In this document: piece after piece, positions 50,197 to 63,500 of the stretch
Numbering within the stretch: position 1 is the first letter of the stretch
Layout of the letters: each line of letters begins with the position of its first letter
Program-made: the position numbers and the translations under genes
DNA from: Hydractinia symbiolongicarpus
Lineage: Eukaryota
DNA length: 64,000 nt
Reading direction: 5' to 3'
NCBI RefSeq assembly: GCF_029227915.1
Contig: NC_079887.1
Location: forward strand, 16,160,214-16,224,213
Notes under the pieces: generated by a model
Told to the model about the DNA's origin: nothing
Databases searched by the model: none
What the model saw: the letters and a program-made list of their open reading frames with translations, nothing else

Positions 50197-50823
50197 CTAA
50201 ACAGAGTTGATGAAATCGTTATCTATTTGTATTTACTTTAATATATTTACTTTATAAGTTCACCCTGAATACCACTAACTTACAAGAATGTATGAATAAT
50301 CTTACATGCATGCATGAAAATTAACAATTAGGCAAAAACTCAAACGCAATTTTAATAAACTAAAAACAAATTGTTTCTAATGTTTGAATATAAATAGTTT
50401 GCAAGTTGATAACCTTATTGAGCAAGGAGAAGGGGTGATGGTTGAAAAAGTTCCTCTTAATTTACAACATGTTTGGTTTGATATTAAAGGGTTGCGGAGC
50501 ACGATGGGTTCCTATGTTCACAAACAAAAACTTGTCACATGTGGTAAAAACTTTTTATCTGCTCCCATAGACAGTTTAAACAATGTAGTGAATAATAGCA
50601 CTGTTATGAATAGCCTTTTAAAAATTTTGCAAAAGAGTAGCAAAGCTTCTCCTTTGCACAAACGGCACTGTTTACATGTGGTGCCCAACCTGGCATGCCA
50701 CAACAGCTCTCCAAACCAGCGAACTAATTAGTACAAAAAAATCGTCCAAATTCTGCCCTCTTAAACATAAATAATGGTATAAATAATTCGAATGAGAAAA
50801 CTAAAATGTAAAACATTCGTCAC

Positions 50824-50947
50824 CTCTAATAAGTGAGTTAATTCCCAGTCTGTTGATAAATGTATTATCTAATTCTTCACTGTTAGTAAACAACTCAGCA
50901 ATCACATATAAATCTGGGTTGATGGCCCTTGCACATGAGACAAGATA
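50824..50947 (-). CDS. AGL: AGL exon ([41 protein letters not shown]-)
   Basis: Matches human [42 protein letters not shown]. Confidence 0.85.
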
Positions 50948-51107
50948 CTATGGAAGTCAGAAAATCGGTTTAGCAAGGCAGTCAATAACATTCAACATCA
51001 TGGAATAGATGAATAATATAAGCAGTATGACATGCTCAAATTCAGCTTAGGATATTATGCCAAGATGACATCCTATAATATAAGAGCTTTTAAATACAAC
51101 TGTTTAC

Positions 51108-51165
51108 CTCAGCAACATGAATGGGTGTGCCATGACAATTATCCAATCGAAAACCATGAAATATT
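51108..51165 (-). CDS. AGL: AGL exon ((R)IFHGFRLDNCHGTPIHVAE)
   Basis: Matches human [20 protein letters not shown] (catalytic-region motif). Donor GTAAAC. Confidence 0.8.
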
Positions 51166-51564
51166 CTAAACAAATACAATTGGATAAAAGCAACAACTTT
51201 ACATTGAAATAAGAATAGGTGGACAGAAAAGTGATAATATTTTTTGTAGGACAGTAAATAATTTGACAATTCCACCTGCGAGACATGTTAAGTTTTTCTG
51301 AACACAGTTTTCTCCAGTGAAGATAAAAAACTAAAGTTGTCCTCACAGTTAAATAATGGCATGGGAGAGAAAATACATGATTGATGAGATATGTTGTAAG
51401 CGAGCCACATGAAAATTTAACATAAAAAAGAAAAGCAGAATCAAATGAAACCTTATCGCCAATAAAAATCAAATAATTAAAAATGCATATTGAAGCACTG
51501 GGTGATTTGCAGATTATCAACAATGTACTTCTGCTTTCTGTTTTGACTGTTGTAGGTATACTGA

Positions 51565-51832
51565 CCTTGCCATTTGCTCTGTGTACTCTTTCATTAAATT
51601 CCACAAGTAGGGAGAATCATCCGGCTTCAATCCATATCGCAACTTAATGCTATCTCCCCAAGCCACTAACTCACGGCATAGATAAACACTGGAATCAGAC
51701 TCAGCAAAGTTCTTCAACGCATCCCCACCCATAACCCAACCATTATGAGCCATAATGAGAGCCGCATCGCCATTATCTACTAGCAATGCATCGTTTTTTA
51801 TTGATGTGTCTTTGAAAGGGTATGAGAAGTAT
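51565..51832 (-). CDS. AGL: AGL exon ((R)[88 protein letters not shown]-)
   Basis: Matches human RYFTFPFEEIDFSMEES...[64 protein letters not shown]. Boundaries ±2 bp. Confidence 0.85.
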
Positions 51833-52172
51833 CTAAATAAATTTATAAAAGAAAAGAAAAACTATATATTTACCAGCATAGCTTATTTGTTGTTATTTGT
51901 GTATGTGCTAGTTTATAGATTGGCAGAAAAAAATTTGTATTCATATGTAAAGTATACACTTTTTGGAATTTTATTTTTAGTCTGCTTAAAACAAAATATA
52001 AAAATACATTTTATGTAAAGAGGTTTTGCTCCAAAACTAATACACACAAAAATATATTTAATTCTCCCTACAAAAAAGCCCGAAAAAGGCATTAACAATA
52101 AAATTATGCTCTTAAATATAAAATAATAAAGACATTCGGCAAAAAGATGTTATACAGCATTATTACACAAAC

Positions 52173-52386
52173 CTTGTGGCTATTGAATGTTCCTTTGTTA
52201 CACAACCATACTTAGGTCCATTATCATCCAGAAAGTGATACCTAATATGACCTGCCGTATTATGAATTATCTTTTCTTCAAGTTTGGCAACATATGTTGC
52301 TTTTTCAACATTTAATTTTTCAATAATTTTTTGGAAATTTCTACAGGCAGTATCTTTGTCTGTTGGAATTCCATTACTAAAGAAAA
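52173..52386 (-). CDS. AGL: AGL exon ((S)NGIPTDKDTACRNFQKIIEKLNVEKATYVAKLEEKIIHNTAGHIRYHFLDDNGPKYGCVTKEHSIAT-)
   Basis: Matches human [70 protein letters not shown]. Confidence 0.8.
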
Positions 52387-53487
52387 GAAACAAAGAGGAT
52401 AGACAACATAGTTCACAATAAAAACTTTATATATTCAAAATATGGTGCAGAGAAAATTTGGTGAGTTTGGTCTGAAATTAAAAACTACACACTGATATTT
52501 TTTTGCTAAATTTAAATTTTTTATTACCGAATTCCTGATCAACTCATGGTGCCATATTTTTTCAGTATAGAATTAAAAAAAAGATAAGGTTTTAATAAAT
52601 TTTTACGTGATGTAAGGGGGTTGTCAATAATTATGTACCTATTTTGGCCATTTTTTACCACTCCCCATAAAATGATCATAGATCATATACCCACCCCTCA
52701 GATGTTATATAATTATTGTACGACCCCTATGTTATCAGGTAGCATATAAACAGCAAGTTTTAGAATACATAAAGTTACTCACAATCAGGGTGTTTGTCAC
52801 TATTATATAGGTTGTGATTTACGGGAGTTAAATTTTGTGATTGTGCTGTGTTGTGATAAAGAGATGGTTGTTGAACAGAGATGGTTATTCGCACAGGTTT
52901 AAGTGTAAACAAAACACTTAATCAAACTGGATCAGTGTTACTGTGTGCAAGCAAAATTCTATACACGACCACCAAAACTGCCAGCACACACAGATAGCTT
53001 ATCTGGATGGTATGTATGTGCAAATGTAATTTACTATGGCTCACCCATGCAGTCATCGTCAACCAAGAATGATTCGCCCATCATTGAACGAAAAAATTAG
53101 GACCCCCATGGTAAAAATAATGCAATTATGAAAAACTACAGTGGGTCACAAAAGATTCACCCACCTCAAACAAAAACTTATTTAAAATCTTAGTCACAAA
53201 ACCTATTAAAGTCACAAAACCTACTACTAAAAACAACAGCTGACTATTTTAAAATGGAACAACAAGCTGACAAATTACGTAGTGTGGTTTTCATAATTGT
53301 TTCATAACAATTTTTATTAAACAAACAATTATTTTAATTTATAATAACAAACATTTATATTATGATTTTCTAAATGTAGGTTCAAATTCAGATATTGATT
53401 ATAAATATCTAGAAATTGGCTTACTAAAATAAAAAAAGGCAAAGTTTCACTGAAGATTAATTTAGTAATTCACCCACAAGTAAATAC

Positions 53488-53597
53488 CTTTCCATGTAAC
53501 ACAAATGTGCAATTTCATCAATATTGACATGGCAACCAAATCTTCTATAACTAGGATCTTGAATAATCTTTGGTGTAGCTTCTTTCTTCATAAATGT
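53488..53597 (-). CDS. AGL: AGL exon (TFMKKEATPKIIQDPSYRRFGCHVNIDEIAHLCYME-)
   Basis: Matches human [31 protein letters not shown]. Confidence 0.8.
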
Positions 53598-54027
53598 CTA
53601 AAATTAATAATACTTATTTTAATCCAATTTTAATTAATCTAATTTTAAGTACGACTTTAAAAGTTTGTTATGTAGTTTATGTACACCGAGACATTGTATA
53701 ATTTTATAAGTTTCTATTTATCAAAAATGTGTAAACCGATCATTCTTTTTGTGTAACATATTATTCCAAACATTTAATTTAGTTTTGTTTTATTACTGAA
53801 GATCTCTTGCATTGTTGCATTTTATTATAATATAACCATATAATTGTCTAAAGTACAGACAAAACTTTAGTACACCTTTATACTTCTTATAACTCCCTTT
53901 TACAATACTTTATGCAAGTTATATCTTAAGATAATTTTTCACATAATTTTACATAATTTTTGTTTGGAATTTGGTCAAAGTTCCCGGATATGTTACAAAA
54001 ACAAACAAACAAACAAACAAACAAACG

Positions 54028-54112
54028 CTTGCTCACCTCATCAGCATCCATAAACTTTTGTAGTTCACTTTTGAGATCAACTTGAAAAAATTCACAAAGC
54101 CTTAATAATTTC
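54028..54112 (-). CDS. AGL: AGL exon ((R)KRLKLLRLCEFFQVDLKSELQKFMDADE)
   Basis: Matches human [25 protein letters not shown]. Donor GTGAGC. Confidence 0.8.
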
Positions 54113-55173
54113 AAACGTTTCCTAAAAGAAAACTATCATTATTAGTTTCAGAAAACTACATTCAACTTTCGTCGGAGTCATGATGGCATGTTCCAACAAA
54201 ATCACATTTCTAATTCATTTCCTGCTTTCTTAAAATGAAACTTTTTAAATCAAGCTTTTGCTTTATGGCATAATATCTTGCATTTAACAAAATTCTGACA
54301 AAGAGAAATAATTTCAAATCTAGAAATAAAAATGAAAATATTTGACAACTTTTTAGAAACACGAAGAAGTACACTCACAATCAGGGGAAAAACATTTACA
54401 CTTGATAGTCTTTTCAGTTATGATAAGCTACAAAAAACTAATATTTGAAAATAAGGTCAGAAATGAAACTAGTACGGAATTGTAAATATGTAGTTGTAAA
54501 ATATTTGTAAAATATGTGAGTTATATTAAAAAGATTTTTGTTGCACTTTTCAGACATAGATAGCATTGCACAATCCCCTCTGATTCATTATTAACTTATT
54601 TAAAGAACACATTACTCTAAACCCATTCAATTTTATCTCAACTTTCCTGTTCATTTGCAAGCATGGTAGCACATGTCTGTTATTTTTTGCCATCAAAATG
54701 TTGCATAACACCATGCAATATTATCGAAAAAATATACACTATGTACAACAAGGTGAAATAAAATGGGATTTACTTTGATCTAACTATACTATTTTGTTGA
54801 ATAAGCCTGTTGTACTTCAAACAACAGATTGCATTGCATGCAAAAAAAGTAAGTCCCCAAGATTTACCTGTTGAGTGGTAAATATATGCTCACAGTAAGT
54901 AACTATGAAATGACATCAATTACATGAACAGGAATGTTTGTAAGTTGTAATATATCCTCACTAGCCTTTTACAGTTTATTAGAAAAGGATACCTAGTTGT
55001 GGTGGTCACAATAAGCAATAGTAGTACAACACAGACTGATCAATAGAATTTTTGTTTCCTTTTTCATTTCCTGTATTTTTATGTGAGCATACACCTGATC
55101 CAAATTAATAGCATAAATTGATATTTAGCAATGGTTTGGCTCCCCCTGAAGATGTATACAATTAGTCACTTAC

Positions 55174-55969
55174 CTAAGTGCGATTCTAATAAAATCAATC
55201 TCTTGTTCTGTTGTTATGGATTTTAATATGCCATTGTTTATAAGTTTACCCTTCATTATGTCTTTGTTTAGATACCACAATGTGCGATCAACAAGAAAGG
55301 CAGGACGTAAATGGGGTGAATTTTTTAAATTGTAGGCAGCGTTGGGATGCTTTAAAATCCATTCACAATTGTTGGCGCAATGATTCCATACTACATCTAT
55401 TATGGAGAGCATGTTCCATTCTTGACGTATTTTGTTGATGAACTTTTTTAAGGCAGTTTCTGTTAACTCAGCTTCACCATCAGAAAACGATGGACCAAAC
55501 TTCATATGATCTTTCAAAGAATACGACGAGTTTGATGAACCTAGCTCTTGTATTGGGGTGAAATGAATCATATTGTATCCTGTTTCGTACGCAACTTGAA
55601 GCCGTTTTTTCCACTGAGAAAATGGACCAAGACATTTTGTCAACACCGTTTGCAAAATTATACTATCCAAGTGCAACTGATTGCAATTAAGTTTCAGGAC
55701 AGGATCAACAATAAAAGTCCCTTGGCAGATGCAAGTTTTTTTGCCATGTAAATTCTTTTGCAAATAGAACTTAAATACACCAGCTTTGTGTATTTTTAGA
55801 TCGGAGTATAAGTCAACTAAATCTAATGAATATTCGGTCTGTGTTAACCATGACAATTCATTATACTTTTTCTCATCAAATTCAACTTCAGATGTTGTTG
55901 GATGGTTGCAAAATAGTTGAACATCTATACCTTGCAGACTGGATCCCAATGCAAACCGAATCGTCCAAC
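55174..55969 (-). CDS. AGL: AGL large 5' exon (-WTIRFALGSSLQGIDVQLFCNHPT...[71 protein letters not shown]...IIDVVWNHCANNCEWILKHPNAAYNLKNSPHLRPAFLVDRTLW...FIRIAL-); the start codon is NOT in this exon
   Basis: Matches human [21 protein letters not shown]...[72 protein letters not shown]...[43 protein letters not shown]. Acceptor ttttaag| at 55970. The ORF-track 'M' here is a TTG alternative start, not ATG. Confidence 0.85.
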
Positions 55970-56285
55970 CTTAAAAGGATATAGTATGTACTTATTAGTT
56001 TTTAATGACTGTATTATGTAATATCAACGAGGGAGTGTTGGTGCAATAAAGTATGGCAGTGCCAGTCGATTACATATGTGAATTTCTTATTGTGTTATTA
56101 CATTGTAACACGTCAAATTGGAAAATTATAGCAAATAACATATTTCTTCTGGTTGTTTCTTTTCACAATATGGGGAAATTTGGGTATGTTGGGCCTCCTT
56201 CGTCAGACGTTTAGGCAAGTAATATGTTGATACAAGTCATTATACCTGATACACTATATTTGCTGTTCTAGTTGTGCACTTGGAA

Positions 56286-56520
56286 ACAAACTTGACGCTC
56301 ATTGAGGTGCGCCTAATGCCCAGGGCATGATCTCAATCAGCAGCACTTGTTTAGGAAACATGCGCCTAATGCCCAGGGCATGTTGATGCTCCTGATGCTC
56401 AGGCCATCTCTCATACAGCTGACACTCAGGGTATGAATAAAAACACTAGTAATTAGCATGTGCCTGACACTCAGGACATGTCGATGTGCCTGACACTCAG
56501 GAGATCTCTACTTAAAGGTT
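56286..56520 (+). repeat. ~200-bp dispersed repeat (GCGCCTGAC(G/A)CTCAGGGCATG subrepeats, ...CAGGGTATGAATAAAAACA...), copy 1, in the AGL 5' flank
   Basis: A direct-orientation copy lies at 58611-58800 (~80% identity). Confidence 0.6.
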
Positions 56521-58610
56521 ATCTCCCAAGTAAAAATAAGTTCCCCTAAAATAATCCACAACAACATGTTTTTGTCCACAACAATAATCCACAACAATGC
56601 TTTTCACTATATTTACAGAATAAAGGAGTACCATTGGAAAAGAAATTGACTTACTGCTGTTTAGCTACCTCTCCAAACCCTAGTCACGCAGGCATTATGA
56701 AAACGGAAAAAAATGCTCACATCAGCAATGTGACGTCATCACGAGATAAGAACTGACCAGAATGAAAATTGTAATAAAGATTATGCAGACTTTTCACTTA
56801 CCCCACCCCCCTTTCCCTGTATTATAAAGTGAATTCTAAAAGCATGCAGAAGCTAAACCAATTTTTAAGGAAATTAATAAGTATATCAACACGAGTAGGA
56901 GTATGGATGAAAATACATTTTTGGGTTTTCAATATGAACCAACGGGAGACAACTCTGTTCAAGTACTTCACACCATATGGACGAGCCGGAAACGGAATCG
57001 GGTGAGTCACTGACAGAAACAAAATTAATTGTATCTGGTGCAGATGAATTTCACATGGGTGCACGTAGTTAATACCGACGGCAAATAGGAATATGTACAA
57101 ATGAACTACAACATACAACTTACATGCTTTTTACAAGAATACTAAATTCTAGGCTGGTCATCATTCTTTTTTCCCTATCTAAATAATAGACACAATAGAT
57201 CTACTATGTATTTTTAACCTGAAATCCAACTCTAATATTTTTATAAAACATATTACTATAACAAATGTGTACATGCATAACTATATTTACATTCGTGAAT
57301 ACTTTAAGGAGCGTTCTATAATTTCACTTCTCTCAGGTCGTTCTGTTGGTGCTAAAAGAATTCCTTTCATTTTCTACTTTCCTTCGCCATTTTGTCCTCT
57401 ACTACATTTTTGCCAAAGCTCGTTAATACGATGCAATAGCGATGTTCCGTAAAAATTCATAACATTTGTACTTTTTCACTTTTTCTGCAACAAATCTTTT
57501 CGAGTAGCGCGAAAAAGAAGTTTTATAACGAGGGACGTGTTGACTTTCCTTAGTTTTCTTCTTGGCCTAAAAGTAAAAGGAGGTATTAATAACTTTTTAG
57601 AGAACTGAGCAGAAAGACAAAAATAGAAATGAAAGTACACACACATTTATGTTGTTGTTGTGATCAAGTGCTACTAACTGCCAGCAAGTTGGGTATTTGT
57701 AATAGTGGATTTCAACGTTTGCATACTTTTATCTGTCGCATCAGCTTGCATCGAGATATTATTCTCAATAACTCCAGATATATTTCCATATTTTCTAATT
57801 CACAACCGCTGAAAGTATGTGAGCTACTCGATAAAAGTTCGCGAACAACCTGAAACAGTGGTTTCGCGACTCATGACAAAAAAGCTATGTGGTTAGTATA
57901 AAACTACTACATACCTTCTTTCTTTCCAGTTTAACACGCGTAGTCGGCGTTTCTTCAATTTTTTTATCTTTGTATTTCATGGGCATTTTAGCCTTCAACT
58001 AATTTTTAGGGAGTCTTTTTTTTACACCTAAAATCTGACATATTATGCAAATACAAGGATTACTCTTCTCAGTCGTACAATCTCCGCGTTTGCTATTGTG
58101 TTGTCTTTTGGGGGATATTAAAAAAGATTAGGTAGGGTGTCTTTTTCTTGAATGAAGTTGTCACTCACAACCCCAAACGGAACAATTCATTTTAAGTTTT
58201 CGACTTTTTCTTAAAACAAGTTGATGTGGTAAAAGGAAGAGTGGTGCTTTTTTCCTAGATTAACCGACGTGTCTGCTCGCTTGCAGCGGGGGAGAAATAA
58301 TTTTTTACTTAGTTTAGGTTGGCAGTCTTTAAATTAAATTTTCTTCACTTTCCGTGTGACAATCTGGTCTGTGTTAAATCTTGTGATGACGACACAAGAT
58401 ATATTGCATTTGCTTTTTTGTTTCAAAACACTCAGCAATGGCGAACGCGAAGCCCATGGTTATGTGGAAGTGTGGTATTTTTTAATTCCTTATATCTTTC
58501 AAAAACAACATTTTTAGTAAAAAGGAATGTTTTTTTCTTTATTAACTATATTTTACTTACCTATTAAGCACAGCTTGTTTTTGCTCGGGATGTAACCTTT
58601 AAACCATCAC

Positions 58611-58800
58611 TTGAATAGGAAACATGCACCTGAAGCTCAGGGCATGTCAATGCGCCTGACGCTCAGGGCATATCTTACACACCTGATGCTCAGGGTATGA
58701 ATAAAAACATCAGTATTTAGCAAGTGCCTGATGCTCAGGACATGTTGATGCGCCTGGGCATCTCTCATACACCTGACGCTCAGGGTATGAATAAAAACCC
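58611..58800 (+). repeat. Copy 2 of the ~200-bp dispersed repeat (same orientation as 56286-56520)
   Basis: Direct comparison. Confidence 0.6.
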
Positions 58801-59451
58801 CAGTTTACTACAATTGTTGTTCAAAACACCAGTCTTACTACAATTGTTGGGAAGGGGAAGACTGCTAAAAATAGACATATAATTGAGAAGCGTTACTAAC
58901 ATGTTATAAGGTTGGCTGTTTTAATGCCTTATTTGATGCTTAAAAGTGATGATCAAAGTCTTAAATCAATGCTGAAGCACAAGCGCTATAACGGCATAAT
59001 ACCAACGTGATAACAGCTTTATAATAATGAAACAGTTGAAAATGCACAAAAAAGATATTACAAGATATAAACATAGAAGACTCCTATATGAAAAAAAAAC
59101 TAAAAAAAAAAAACTTTAAAACATCCAAGCTTATTGCCCAAAATGACCATTATAGATTTTAAATACACTGTTGGATGAAAAATTACATTTTTTCTTCTGC
59201 TGTATGTGTGTTTCTAGCCAAAATCTTAAAGTTGGTTTCAGATACATGGCTGAAAAACGTGATTATAAATATATCTTATCATGTTAAAAAGTCATTAACC
59301 CAACTCAACAACTTTCAAAATGGCAGTATTCATGGTAGCTTGATTGTTTCAAAAAAAATTTGCAAGGTTGCCTTGTCTCTTATCTTAACAGAAATACTGT
59401 GGTGCCATTCAATTCGTAATAATAATCGAAAAAATTGTATATCTTATTAAA

Positions 59452-59672
59452 AAGAAGTCCAGAAGTTCTTTCTCCCACACGACACAGCAGGCAATAAGTC
59501 AGCCCTGCGCTCAATTTTGTGAGGACAGATGTTCTTCAAAGATTTAAACAATTGGGCCACCTGTACAGTTTTGCTTCATGTTAAACTGTGCCAGTGGCAA
59601 GCATTTTTAAATCATGTCACCAGCGACTTCTGCGATATACAACCTAATGATGCCCTAACCTAATGAGTTCAT
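59452..59672 (-). repeat. Repeat X', the inverted copy of 1598-1832
   Basis: Its reverse complement aligns with 1598-1832 (~85%), including the GCCGGTGACA hairpin words. Confidence 0.6.
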
Positions 59673-60542
59673 CTTGAAACATAAAAAGTCAGTTGGCATG
59701 GAGAACTATTAACCTACGTAAAATAAGACGTAAAAAAATTCTAATTTTAAGGGCTGGCTTTATGCGAACTAGATAGACACAACCCTAACAAAACATCTAG
59801 ATTTTAATTTTGTAAACCATGAAGACTACCTCATTTGTACTAATTTTTGGACAAAACGTTTTGCTCATAATTTCTATGCTTAATTTTGCATATTAATGAA
59901 CATTTTAAGCAAATTTACTTTGTTCGTTAATCCTCCATGCGATATGCTTACCAGAAAATTGTTAGCCACATGGCTTCTTGCTTTCTTTTCATTTTAGAAC
60001 GAAATATGACAATTTTTAAGCATCCAAGGGGCTTGTTGTTGTCATTTTAGAGTTAAATATGGTAATTTTTAAGCTTTCTTTTTATCATCATATTAGAAGA
60101 ACAACAATTTTACAACAGAATACAGCGATATTAGGTATCAAAAAAATATGTCATTTTAGGACGAATTACAGGGACATTTATGTTTCAAAGGAATGCATTT
60201 TTTGTCATTAGAATAATAATTTACCAGGCCACTTCATTAGAATTTAGTAGGCGTGCAATGAATCACATGCCTCAATAATACCGCACGTGCAGTGCGCCCG
60301 CAATCTTAAAAAATTAAATTTTCAAGAAGCAAAAGTAAGAACAAATTTCTTTACCCCCTCTTCACCCCACAGGTAGATGTGAATATTTTACATGGCTAAT
60401 AATTCATTATTTCGTGTCTTTTTTAACGAAGAAACCTTTAGGTGTAAAATATGTAAAAATAAATATTAGATCAAATTATTATTAACGGCTTCTCTTGCTT
60501 TCTTGTTATTAATTTAATTATTTTTCTATTTTAACTACACTA

Positions 60543-63500
60543 GGGATCCTCTCCACGATCGTTTCAAATTTGAATTTGTATAATATTTTTTTTGAAATGA
60601 TCTCTATACGAATTTGAAACGATTTGAAACGATTAAAACCAACAGTAATTTGTATCCCATTTGTATCAACATTTATAAATTTGCTTTAAAATCGTTTCAT
60701 TTCAGTTAGAATCATTTCGCAATCATTTCACAATCGTATCGTGCTTCATATAAAATCGTTTCAACTCCATTTTAAAATCGTTTCAAACTTTTTTGCAAAC
60801 GCTCTTTTTTGTGGCTGTAGATCGTTTTAAAATCGTTTCTAATTTATCACATTGCAATTATCATGTGCACTATTTGCAGCCGATTTTTATATAACCAATT
60901 ACGAAGTAAATTCTAAAGTTTTTAAATAAATACGCATTTTTTAATACGAAATGGCGATGTTTTAAAGATTGTACAACAACCGATATATTGTATGTCTTTT
61001 TTAGCATATGAATACTCTTTCATAAGATGCCTGAACAAATTATTCAGAAAGCTAATGTAAATAATTAATTATTCATGTAGCCAGATTAAAAAAATCTATA
61101 AATAACAAGAACATATTTTTCGAAACAATGGAATTTATGGTGGCAGTTATAAACAATGCAAAGGTGCATAAAATGATAACACGAAAAAAAACTCCGAAAG
61201 AACTAACGATTGTTTGCTTATTTTAGGATTATTTTTAACAAGTTATATTCTAGATGAAATTTTGTTAATTTTCCTTGGAAAATTAATTTTGGCTTTTGAA
61301 CAGTGGCTACAGTCAGGTGACAAGCACCTAAAAAATTCCAACTGATATGCTTTTCGATTAGCATGTTTTACAAAGAATTGATAAAACGACTGCAGTTCTA
61401 GGAGCTCACGTGTTTCTCGAATGTTCTTAGCAGAAGCATCCACAAACGTTTTAAGAAGACCATGGGTTGCCTTGATATGCGGTATTATTGGATCACTACT
61501 TAAAACGCTTTCTGCAGTAATCTGAAATCCAGCGTAGTATTTGTTAGGCCAAAATTTCGTGCACTCGATGGTGGCATTGTCTAGCACTTTATGCCATGTT
61601 TCATCGTCGCCTGCTGCAGGTACGACTCCTTCAATCATGTCTGGTAATGTAACACCGACTATCTGCTTAGTTAAATACGACCAGCTTCGTTCGATGGGGT
61701 TACATCGTGAGTGCCAAGGCGAATAACATTGTACAATTGCGAATCCAAGTGACAGTTTAGCTACAAAAAACCCAGCAACATTAAATTAATAACTCTTTTC
61801 ACAGACCAACCTGGTCCACAGATAGCAATTAAAATAACGTTATGCGGATTCATAAGTGTCTCGTGTTTTATTAACTCCATCAAATGATTAAAATGCATAA
61901 CGTTCGTACTTTCCAAAACACGAGAGGGAAAAAGTTTCAGTTAAATTACCGTTTCGTTACCATATAATTTTTCGCGATTAAGTCGATCTGTGCATACATC
62001 AACATCACTGTTTATAGTCTTATAATGACTTCTCCTACAGAAAGTGATTGTTTCTGGGTTTTGATAACGACCTACTTTTTTCGTTTTTTTTCTCAAAACT
62101 TGATATCCGGCCAGGACGAGTTTCCAATTTGAATGCGGAAAATCATGGTCTCGTCTTCGGTGGAACATGGCATCAATCAAGCCCTTAAAACGCTTATTCG
62201 CAGTTGTCTTTCAACGAGGGGGAAGCATAAGTCTGCGGACGGTGTCTTTACTGATGTCTATCCCAATTGTATTTTTAATGTGACGAACAATATCTTTTAA
62301 TGTAACTCCATTAGTGTACATTGCATCATTTCTGCATCCAAGGTGGGCCCCAGCTGAACCTTGCTCTATAAAGCTCCTGATGGACAGCACAAGTTCTGGA
62401 TTATTTTTGTGGACGCTGCAGCTTGTTGTTGTTTTGCTCAGGAATTCTAAAAGTAAAACAGAAAATAGAAATACATAATTTTAAAAACAAACTTACGTTC
62501 AAACAAGAAAGTTTGTTTTAGAAAACATACGAAAAAATAAAGACATTTTAAAAAAACTCATTATTTCTTGCCTTGATAAATATCTTCAACATTTATGCTT
62601 TCATCTTTTGGATAACTTTCAAACAACCAATCTAAATCTTCAAATTCACTTTCATCCAACGTCATCATGGTGTTTTAGTTTTTAGAAAAACTATAAACGT
62701 GTGAATAAACAATAAATATAAGATTTCTTTAAAAACGTACGCAGATATAAAAGAAGTTTAAGCCAAATTTTATCATTGTATATTTCATATTTTAATAATG
62801 TGAGTGTTCAAACCGCTTCAGTTCTTGTTGTTTTTACATGAGACATTTGAAATTCGATTGACAATATTTTATGTTAAAACTTGGACATCCATGTGTATGT
62901 GCACAAATTAAAACAACATTTTACCACGTTTTGGGTGTCATATACCAATTTTCAATTAGAATAAAAATTATACAACAGGTCTATAGAAACATAGATCTAT
63001 AGATACAAGGTATATAAATATAATCAATACAATATTCAAGCATAAAGTATGTGTACAATACGAATGTGTGATCAAACCGGACGGTTTTCTTGTTTTATAT
63101 TAAATCATTTCATAATCATTTTGTAAATTAAAATTTTGTTTCATGAAACCATCTGAAACGATTTTATAAAATGATGATACGATTGCTACATACAATCAAA
63201 ATCGTTTCAAATCTTATAAAAAGTAAAACGATCATGGAAAAAATATGCATTTTAACTACACGGTTTTATATGTACGTGAAAAACATCTAAGTTAACAATA
63301 AGAGTTACAAAGCCTTTTTAAATCATTCTTTGACTTCATCGCTTTTTTTTGTAATTTCATAATTTCAGAAAGCTATCGCAGATATAAAGAAAAAAAAGAT
63401 TTGCATGTGCGATTAATCGCATGCCCAAACAAATATGCGGGTGCCCATGGGCGTGCACATGCTATCGCACGCCTCTCATGAAATGGTTTGATTTATGTTT

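Noticed and set aside
50384-50731. 115-aa plus-strand ORF inside an AGL intron
   Set aside because: No similarity to any family I recognise, AT-rich codon usage, no splice or promoter context. Likely a chance ORF.
55548-55751. Plus-strand 67-aa ORF
   Set aside because: Antisense of the large AGL exon.
57267-57452. Plus-strand 61-aa ORF near the candidate AGL promoter
   Set aside because: Opposite strand to the candidate AGL first exon; low-complexity; no support.
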